Source: a virus. From it: a stretch of 64,000 nt of DNA. The notes under the pieces were generated by a model. It saw nothing but the letters and a program-made list of their open reading frames with translations. It searched no databases and was not told where the DNA came from. Location of the stretch: positions 9,039 through 73,038 of the IMG/VR virus record IMGVR_UViG_3300045988_116708. One strand, 5' to 3'. Of the stretch, positions 42,533 to 50,800 are shown piece by piece (positions within the stretch are counted from its first letter, which is position 1; every line of letters starts with the position of its first letter). Both the position numbers and the translations under genes were made by a program.

Positions 42533-42604
42533 CACTATTGCATAATTATCAGCGGTCCTTTTCAATGCAGGACAGCCTAAGTTGTACACAATAAAATATT
42601 ACCT

Positions 42605-42676
42605 ATGAAAGTTGAATTAGATGTTAATCAATATATGGAAATGCTCAAAGCATTTACGGAATATTCAGACAAATAG
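42605..42676 (+). pseudogene. 23-codon remnant homologous to the N-terminus of 6224-6424
   Basis: MKVELDVNQYMEMLKAFTEYSDK* vs MIKVEISQYLAMLKSFTECAQY... Confidence 0.45.
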
Positions 42677-42701
42677 AACAATTTTAAAAAATAAACGTTT
42701 T

Positions 42702-43115
42702 TTATTCCCTTATTGCCATTTTAAGTGATTCTTCTAGTTTTCCTGCATATTTAAATATATCGTCTATACTGTCAATCTGAAGCCATTCGCAACTCTTGTA
42801 GTTATCTAATGGTATTCCTATCTGCTTCTTTCTTGCGCCAATAGAGATACGGCATATCCAAAACCACTGGCTGTTATCAAGGTTTACGACGAAGTAGCTC
42901 TTGTAGTCTCTATAGGTTATACGTGCCACATCCACGCTTTTTCTTAAAATACTTCTTACGATATTGTAAGCATCCAATTCTTCTTGCGTCGTTACAACAC
43001 CGGATTCTTTATCCATGTATACAACTCCGTCCGGGAGTTGCTCTTCTGTAGCTATACTATCCTTTTGCTTTTGGATACGTTCTGCAAGTTGTAAGATTTG
43101 ATCTTTAAAGTCCAT
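42702..43115 (-). CDS. Small protein resembling the termini of HsdR_N-family (restriction-endonuclease-like) proteins
   Basis: MDFKDQILQLAERIQKQKDSIATEE then TTQEELDAYNIVRSILRKSVDVARITYRDYKSYFVV...IDDIFKYAGKLEESL. The -7 box (CAAATATA, 43145-43152) overlaps the track start, so ATG 43115 is preferred. The family call is from memory. Confidence 0.5.
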   Translation of the reverse strand: MDFKDQILQLAERIQKQKDSIATEEQLPDGVVYMDKESGVVTTQEELDAYNIVRSILRKSVDVARITYRDYKSYFVVNLDNSQWFWICRISIGARKKQIGIPLDNYKSCEWLQIDSIDDIFKYAGKLEESLKMAIRE

Positions 43116-43221
43116 GCTTTTATTGTTGTATAATAATATATGCACAAATATATTTTATATAACAATATAAACAAAATTAAAGATAAAAAAATAATCTATT
43201 AAATATGTTTTTGCTATGTAT

Positions 43222-43254
43222 GTGGCATTTAATACGTCACTTTTATTATCTTTG
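43222..43254 (+). promoter_or_regulatory. Palindrome + promoter cassette 6
   Basis: GTGGC-N9-GTCAC, TTTT, then TATCTTTG at 43247-43254. Confidence 0.5.
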
Positions 43255-43259
43255 CAATG

Positions 43260-43277
43260 CCGTGTGATGTTGCACGG
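43260..43277 (+). promoter_or_regulatory. Leader hairpin H4 (tape measure)
   Basis: CCGTG-T-GATGTT-G-CACGG, 23 nt before ATG 43301. Confidence 0.55.
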
Positions 43278-43300
43278 AACTATTTCTATCGAAAAGACTT

Positions 43301-46300
43301 ATGGCTGGATTACACTTCGACATAACCGGTGACAACTCCAACTTTATACGTAAACTTCATGAGTGTGAAAATGGAGTAAAAAACACATCCCGACAAATAG
43401 AACAAAGTGGGTTAGGTATAGAAGATTTATTTAACCGTATGACTAAAGCTGCTGCCGCATTCGGAGTTGGTTTCACTGCGAAAGAATTAATTTCAAATAT
43501 AGCACATGTTCGCGGCGAGTTTCAACAATTGGAAGTTGCATTTAAGACAATGCTTGGTAGCGAAGATAAAGCTAATGCTCTTATGCAACAGTTGGTCAAA
43601 ACAGCTGCTACTACACCATTTGATTTGCAAGGAGTTGCAAATGGAGCCAAACAGCTTCTTGCTTACGGAGAAAACGTTGAGAATGTCAATGATGATTTGA
43701 TACGTCTTGGGAATATAGCAGCAGGTCTTTCTCAGCCGCTTGGTGATATTGTGTATTTGTACGGTACTACCATGACGCAAGGACGGTTATACACGGCGGA
43801 TTTAAACCAATTTACTGGCCGTGGTATCCCTATGATTCGCGAATTAGCAAAAGTATTTGGTGTCGCTGAAGGGAAAGTAAAAGGTTTGGTTGAAGCAGGG
43901 AAGGTTGGTTTTCCTGAAGTGCAGAAAGTTATCCAGAATCTTACAAATGAAGGTGGAATGTTTTTCAACTTGATGCAGGAACAATCTAAAACGATTGCTG
44001 GTCAGATTTCAAATATTGAAGATGCAATTGCTACTATGTTCAATGAAATTGGTAAAGCCAATGAAGGTATTATCAATGATGCTTTGTCTGGGGTTTCTTA
44101 TCTGGTTGAAAACTACGAAAAGGTAGGAGCTCTTTTATTAGAAATAGTAGGAACTTATGGAGTATACCGTACAGCCCTTATGGCTACGACTGCATTGCAG
44201 GCTTTGCAAGCTTCCGGTATAACTGCTTTAACGGCGAAAGAAGCTATTCATTATGGGTGGTTAGTGCTTACGAAGAAAGCTCAAGATGCCTTAAATTTAT
44301 CCATGCTTAAAAATCCTTATATATTGGTTGCTGCATCTATTGCAGGATTGGTTTATGGTATATATAAATTTGCTACAGCAGAAAGTGATACGGAACAAGC
44401 AATTCGTAAAACGAACGATGCACTTGAGGCACAAAATAATCATTATGAAGAGTTGAAAAATAAGGCAAGTCAACTCTCTAATATTTTAAGTGATGAATCT
44501 AAATCTATAGAAGAGCGTTTCATTGCATATCGTAAACTTCAGCGTTTAATGCCAGAAGTTTTTAAAGATATGGATTGGGAAGCAGCTAAACGGAAAACAA
44601 ATGCTGAGCTTACAAAACTTGAGAATGATGAACTTTTAAGACAGCAACGTATTGGGCTAAAAACAAAGGTTGTAATGTCTCAACAAAAAATACAGGGGCT
44701 AAGGAGTAGCTTAATAAAAACTCAAAATGCTGGTGGGTATACTGGGGCATTAAAGGAAGATTTAGCTGCTGCTGAAAAAGAATTGGAAATATATCAAGAG
44801 GCCCTTAAGGCTTTTGAGGAAGCCAAAGAAGAATCGAAAAAAGCTAAAAATGCTCCAACTGTACAAGACAAAGAATATTGGGAGAATCAAAAAAAAGAAG
44901 CTGAAAATGCCTTAGAATCTATTGCATCTTCTCAAAAGAGATTGTTGGACGCTGGTAACTTTAAAGGTATAGATACTGCTGTTGTAAAGAGTTACAAGGA
45001 TAATGTTAAAAAGCTAAAGGAGGCTGAAAAAGAACTGAAGGTTTATGACACCTCTTCCAAACAGGAATCTGCTGCTGAAAAACTTCGCAAACAGCAAGAA
45101 GGCATTCGTTCCCAGAATGATAAGATCTCTGAAATAGAACGCAAACAGGCAATCCAGCGTAAAAGGCAGGCTGAAGATATGGAAATGGAAATCTCACAGT
45201 CTGAGATCAATGCCATGGCTGATGGATCTGAGAAAAAACGTATGCAGAGGGAATTGGATAACCGGAAAGAGATCCAATCACTGGAAAGGCAAAAAGAAGA
45301 TATGATCCAGGCTGTAATTCAAGCTGAGAAAGAGATTTTTGATGCTCAGGAAGAGTTGAAGGTTAAAGAGAATAACAAATATCAGAAAAAGACTTTTGAT
45401 TCTTCTAAGGTGGATACAGAGAAGATTAGCTCTATCTGGGATACCATTATAGGGAACACGTCTAGAAAGCAACTTGATGATAAAATACGCGAACAAGAGG
45501 CGTCTTGGAACGAATATCTTATCAAGTTTGGCAACTATCAACAGAAAAGGCTGGCCATTATTGAGAAATATGATAGGGCCATAAAGGAGGCCGAAACGGC
45601 GGGTGATGTAGCTATCTTGATGAAAGAGAAAGCTAATGCGCTTGATGATTTTGACAACTCCGTAAAGAATAGTACAACCTTAATGGGGCAGCTCTTTGCT
45701 GATGCTTCCCAAAAGAGTGTGAACGAGATTCAGTCCATCATTGCAAAAGCCGAATTATTGATGCAATACCTTGGTGCCGTTAAGGATGAACAGGGAAATG
45801 CTCAAATCGGTGGAAAGACAGTTTCAAAGAAGGATATTTTAGGTCTTGGGATAAGTGACAATACCCTTCAAAATTTAGAACTTTCAACCGAGCAAACAGA
45901 GGCACTAAGAAATGCTATTGGTCGTTTAAAAGAGGAATTGGGAGCAAAGAGTCCTTTTGCGCTTTTCAAAAAGCAAGTAAAAGAAGCGGCAGGTGAAATA
46001 GCGAAAGGAGGTCAGGAAAATATTGCTCGAGGGATTGCAGGGATCGGAAGTGCTATTGTTCAATTTACTCCTGCTATATCTCAGTTTGGTCAGGATCTTG
46101 GTACAATATTTGGCAACGACGATCTTGGTAATAAAATAGCTGGTATTTCTGATGCGTTAGGTGGAGTTGGCCAAACAGCCATGGGAGTTGGCCAGATAAT
46201 GTCTGGTGATATTGTAGGTGGTGCTATGAGTGCTGTTTCCGGTATTTCATCAGTTGTAAAGGCCTTGGATGGTTTGTTTGGTGCTGATTATTCCCGATAC

Positions 46301-47383
46301 AATGAAATGAAGTCACAATATGAAGCTCTTAATTCTGTGTGGGATGAACTTATCAATAAGAAGAAAGAGTATATTGATATGTCTTATGGGGATGAAGCGT
46401 ATAAAGTTGGGAAAGAGGCCGAAAGCCTGATAAAGCAACAAACCCAAAGATATTATGAACTTCTGAATGAATTAAGAAAAAGTGGGTCCAGTATCGGGTC
46501 AAGTTCTTTAGGCAAACGAATAGAAAAAAGACTTAATAAAGAAGATTGGGCCAGAATATCCAGTGCTGTTGGTGAATCTGTAACAAATGCAGAAACTTTA
46601 TTAAATCTTTCAGCAGAACAGCTAGAAGAAGTGCTTGCCGACCCTAAGCTAGTCTCTGTCCTCAATACTGTCAACGAAGACTTTATAAAGTATATACAAG
46701 ATATTGTGAATGGTTCCGAAAAATTAGAGGATATACAGAATCAAGTCAAAGAACAGCTTACTCAAGTATCGTTTGATAGCGTGTTTGACAGTTTTGTAGA
46801 CACTTTGATGAATATGGATAGTTCGGCTAAGGATTTCGCTGATGATTTCACTTCTTATATGCAAAAAGCTATCCTTTCTACTATGTTAGGAAAGACATAT
46901 GAAAAACGGTTGCAAGAATGGTATGATGCTTTTGCTTCGGCTAATGAAGATAAAGGCGGTATCTCTAGTGATGAATATAAGAATCTGCAAGAACAGTGGA
47001 ATAGCATTGTTAATGATGCCATTAAAGAACGTGATGAATTAAAGGATTTGCTTGGTTGGGGTTCCGATACTTCCGCTTCGCAAGATTCTACAAAACGAGG
47101 GTTTGAAGGAATGTCCCAGGATACAGCAGAAGAACTGAACGGACGTTTCACAGCTTTGCAAATGGCAGGGGAAGAGATTAAGAATCAAATGATAAATGTT
47201 GTTGTTGGAGTTAACTCTTTAATTTCAATCTCAACAGAAGAGAATGTTACCTTGAGTAATATCCTTAGCCAACATGTAATTACGAATGGCTATTTAGAAG
47301 ATATTGTAAAACACACAAAGCTGATGCTTGGTTTTGGAGATAAATTTGATAGGATGATTACTGTTTTTAATGATAGACTATAA
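43301..47383 (+). CDS. Tail tape measure protein
   Basis: 1360 aa, helical and coiled coil; N-terminal TMP core GVANGAKQLLAYG...LIRLGNIAAG. Confidence 0.9.
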   Translation: MAGLHFDITGDNSNFIRKLHECENGVKNTSRQIEQSGLGIEDLFNRMTKAAAAFGVGFTAKELISNIAHVRGEFQQLEVAFKTMLGSEDKANALMQQLVKTAATTPFDLQGVANGAKQLLAYGENVENVNDDLIRLGNIAAGLSQPLGDIVYLYGTTMTQGRLYTADLNQFTGRGIPMIRELAKVFGVAEGKVKGLVEAGKVGFPEVQKVIQNLTNEGGMFFNLMQEQSKTIAGQISNIEDAIATMFNEIGKANEGIINDALSGVSYLVENYEKVGALLLEIVGTYGVYRTALMATTALQALQASGITALTAKEAIHYGWLVLTKKAQDALNLSMLKNPYILVAASIAGLVYGIYKFATAESDTEQAIRKTNDALEAQNNHYEELKNKASQLSNILSDESKSIEERFIAYRKLQRLMPEVFKDMDWEAAKRKTNAELTKLENDELLRQQRIGLKTKVVMSQQKIQGLRSSLIKTQNAGGYTGALKEDLAAAEKELEIYQEALKAFEEAKEESKKAKNAPTVQDKEYWENQKKEAENALESIASSQKRLLDAGNFKGIDTAVVKSYKDNVKKLKEAEKELKVYDTSSKQESAAEKLRKQQEGIRSQNDKISEIERKQAIQRKRQAEDMEMEISQSEINAMADGSEKKRMQRELDNRKEIQSLERQKEDMIQAVIQAEKEIFDAQEELKVKENNKYQKKTFDSSKVDTEKISSIWDTIIGNTSRKQLDDKIREQEASWNEYLIKFGNYQQKRLAIIEKYDRAIKEAETAGDVAILMKEKANALDDFDNSVKNSTTLMGQLFADASQKSVNEIQSIIAKAELLMQYLGAVKDEQGNAQIGGKTVSKKDILGLGISDNTLQNLELSTEQTEALRNAIGRLKEELGAKSPFALFKKQVKEAAGEIAKGGQENIARGIAGIGSAIVQFTPAISQFGQDLGTIFGNDDLGNKIAGISDALGGVGQTAMGVGQIMSGDIVGGAMSAVSGISSVVKALDGLFGADYSRYNEMKSQYEALNSVWDELINKKKEYIDMSYGDEAYKVGKEAESLIKQQTQRYYELLNELRKSGSSIGSSSLGKRIEKRLNKEDWARISSAVGESVTNAETLLNLSAEQLEEVLADPKLVSVLNTVNEDFIKYIQDIVNGSEKLEDIQNQVKEQLTQVSFDSVFDSFVDTLMNMDSSAKDFADDFTSYMQKAILSTMLGKTYEKRLQEWYDAFASANEDKGGISSDEYKNLQEQWNSIVNDAIKERDELKDLLGWGSDTSASQDSTKRGFEGMSQDTAEELNGRFTALQMAGEEIKNQMINVVVGVNSLISISTEENVTLSNILSQHVITNGYLEDIVKHTKLMLGFGDKFDRMITVFNDRL

Positions 47384-47807
47384 TATGGCAGCGGGAGAAT
47401 TTTATATAAATAATAAAGACACTTATACTACATGGGGTATAAGTATGGATACTTCTTCTTTATCATCATTGATGACGCCACCTCCAATGAAAGATTTTAT
47501 AGAAAACAAATCTCGTTTGGAGCACGGTAAGAGAGTCATAACATCAAATCCTAAGATTGATGAACGGAATATTACATTGACATTTAATCTTACAGCTAAA
47601 AATGAAGAGCAATTTTTTTCACGGTACAACTCTTTTTGTGAAGAATTGGCTACTGGGGTATTGCATATCAAAAGCAAATATCAACCCAGTATTGTATATA
47701 AAACTATTTATTTGTCATGTAATCAGTTCACACAGTTTATGAGAGGAATCGCTAAATTTTCGTTGAAATTAGTAGAACCTAATCCGACAGATAGGGCTAT
47801 AACATAA
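47370..47807 (+). CDS. Distal tail protein-like (positional)
   Basis: Overlaps the TMP stop; 145 aa. Confidence 0.5.
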   Translation: MIDYNMAAGEFYINNKDTYTTWGISMDTSSLSSLMTPPPMKDFIENKSRLEHGKRVITSNPKIDERNITLTFNLTAKNEEQFFSRYNSFCEELATGVLHIKSKYQPSIVYKTIYLSCNQFTQFMRGIAKFSLKLVEPNPTDRAIT

Positions 47808-47817
47808 TTTTAATTAT

Positions 47818-47853
47818 AAAGTGATTGTTTCAATGTCACTTTTGTTATATTTG
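47818..47853 (+). promoter_or_regulatory. Palindrome + promoter cassette 7
   Basis: AAAGTGA-N11-TCACTTT then TATATTTG at 47846-47853; near-identical to cassette 1. Confidence 0.55.
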
Positions 47854-47868
47854 CATTCAATAAAAGCA

Positions 47869-47886
47869 TTGTGTGAAGGCGCACAA
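47869..47886 (+). promoter_or_regulatory. Leader hairpin H5 (giant tail protein)
   Basis: TTGTG-T-GAAGGC-G-CACAA, 8 nt before ATG 47895. Confidence 0.55.
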
Positions 47887-47894
47887 AAACCAAT

Positions 47895-50800
47895 ATGATT
47901 AGCATTAAAGACATAACTGGCAAAATACGTTTCTCTTTCGTAGAGAATACCGGTTCTGTATACCGTAAGACTTTGATGAAAGAAGATTATATCCTTCTTC
48001 ATTTCAATGTCGACCAACCGGTTCTTTTTGAGAAGGGAGATTATTGTGAAACAGAATTCGGACGATTTGAGATCGTTGATCTTGTATTTCCGAAGTATAA
48101 CACTTCAACAGGCGGCTATGATTATGAACTCCGGCTTGACGCAGAATACTATAAGTGGAAGAATAAGATATTGTTCTATGATCGTCAAGGTGGTAACCGC
48201 GAGGCTTCATGGAATCTTACCCGTACTCCGGATGCGCATCTATCGATAGTAGTCTCTAACTTAAAATCTTTAGGTTACACATACAACTCAGGAGTAGAAT
48301 ATACTTTCTCTATTGACAGCACAGTAGAGAAGTCTGCTAAGTTGATACAGTACGATAATACGAATATCATTGATGCGTTGACCAAAATAGCGGAAACATG
48401 GGACGCTGAATGGTGGATCGTTGATCATGTGATCCATCTGGGCAGATGTGAGTATAACACAGCGGTAGACTTTGAACTGAATGGGCTTGTTTCCGAAATG
48501 TCTCGTTCGGAAAGCAACGATAATTATGCTACCCGTGTTTACGCTTTCGGTTCTACCCGTAACCTTCCTACTAATTATCGTCCGGATATAACCGGTGTTG
48601 TGGTCGACGGAGTAGTCCAAAGAAGATTGATGCTTCCCGAGGGTACTCCTTATGTTGACGCTTTTCCGGATATGTCTACGGAAGAAGCTGTTGAAGAAGT
48701 CGTTGTATTTGAGGACGTGTACCCCAAACGTATAGGTACCATGTCAGACGTGACCACTAAGGAATACACAGACAAGATTGAGAATGAAGATGGTACCACA
48801 ACAGAAGTCAAATGGAATGCCTACCGTTTCAGGGATTCCGGCATAACTTTTTCAAAAGAGTATATTATCCCCGGTCAGGAGTTAAGAATTGTATTTCAGT
48901 CAGGTCCTTTAAACGGTATGGACTTTGCTGTTACCTTTAATCCGGGTGCTGCGGATGAAAAGAACAGTGATGGATCATGGAACTCCGCTGCCCAGTTATG
49001 GGAGATCGTAAGGAATGAAGATTACGGCCGCGAGCTTCCGTCTGCCCCGTTAATCCCTGAGAATGGGAACACTTATGTCTTGTATGGATATGATACAAAA
49101 TTTGTTTCTGTGTCCATGATTCCTGATGCCGAAAAGGAATTGCTTGAAAAGACAAAAAGCTACGTAGAGAAGAGTAAAATAGACCCGTCTGTCTATACAT
49201 GCGTCATGGACCCGATAAAAGTGGGTGGATTCGATGGAGGACGCGTTATCGATTTGGAGATAGGGGATCGTGTCAATATTATCAATCCGGCTTATGCAAT
49301 AAAGAGCCGGCAATCTCGTATATATGGCTTTGAAAAGGCACTGGATAAGAAGTATGAAGTGACTTATACGGTGGGACAATCGACTAAATATTCTCGTATC
49401 GGAGAGATTGAAAGTAAAGTCGAAGCATTGACATATAAAGGAGAGGCTTTTACTGGTTCCAGTACCGGAAGTGTTTATATTGTCGGACGATACGATAAAA
49501 CGAGGCTTACTGACCGTAATGCTTTATCTTCCCTTCGGTCTTTGGAAACATTTTTTAGGAAAGACCAAGAGGATGTTACCTTTTACAAACAGGCCTTTCG
49601 TAAAGGTATAGAAATCGGTTGGAATGAATCCGAAGGAAAGCCTACTGCTTCTCTCTCTGAGGATGGTATATTAAACGCTGCCGCAGCTATATTGAAAGAA
49701 TACATCTCTTCTCCGAAGTTTGTTCCGGGATTCACAGGCGAAGGCTTTAAAATATATAAAGACGAGTATGGCAACTGGCATATAGAATGTGATATTCTAG
49801 ATGTGAGGAAAGTTATGAATGTATTTGAGTTGCTTATACAGAAAGTACGTTCAATAAATGGTGCTCTTGTTATAAGCCAAGCGAACGGTAAAGTCAGTGC
49901 AGTTACTGAGACTTCTGATTTGCAATCTTGGATTCTTGAATTTGAGGATGAAGATGAAACATTCCAGGCGCACGACTTAGTGAGGTGTCAAGTATTTGAT
50001 AGAAGAATAATCCAGTCACCGGCTTTTGATTTCACAAAATTTACAGCCTATTTATATGATGGTTCAGCCATAGATGATAGCGTAAGGATAACGAACACGA
50101 GCATTGAGTTTAGCATGAATAATTCAGCAAATTCAGGCTTTCAACTTTACATGTATCCAGAGGGACATGTAGCAGATGCTCCTATAACGACTAAAGAATG
50201 CAAATTAGAAATATCTGGTTTGTATGATGGTGCTATGGCTGTATGGAGTGGTTTATCAAAGGATGGAATCGGTTCTGATACTGTAGGAGGGCTTTTGACA
50301 AATGGCGAGAATGTAATTCGTGCCATCAATGTATCCGAAGAGATATACAACCTTGGTATAATGATTGTATTAGATTCCGGACATGGTAACGGAAAGGTTA
50401 CTGTTACTCAAAAAATGGAGGATACATCATCTAAAAAAGGTAAATACTATTGGTGCGAAGTTGCGAGTGTAAATGGTAATCTTGTAACTATTCCTAAGTC
50501 TGAATTTGAGGGTATTACGCCAACTGACGGTGATGAAGTTGTACAGATGGGTAATACTGAGAATCCTCTTCGTCAGAGCTTGATATATATGTCGGCTGCC
50601 GAGGATGGCAAGCCTAAGATTGAGATATTAGGTGGAGTCAAGACTAAGTCATTTGCCGGAGCGTCTCGCTCTGTATTTGGGAATTTAGATCATATAACGG
50701 ACCCGGATTTTCCGGATAATATGCAGCCGCACGATAATGGTGTATATACAAATAACGGTTATTTCAAAGGCATCTTCATCCTTCGCAACGGAAAGACCAT

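Noticed and set aside
43493-47151. Several 60-100 aa ORFs antisense or out of frame within the tape measure gene (for example 43493-43780, 45278-45541, 46855-47151)
   Set aside because: They lie entirely inside a long, well-supported 1360-aa ORF. They have low-complexity or odd composition and no start context, so they are typical shadow ORFs.
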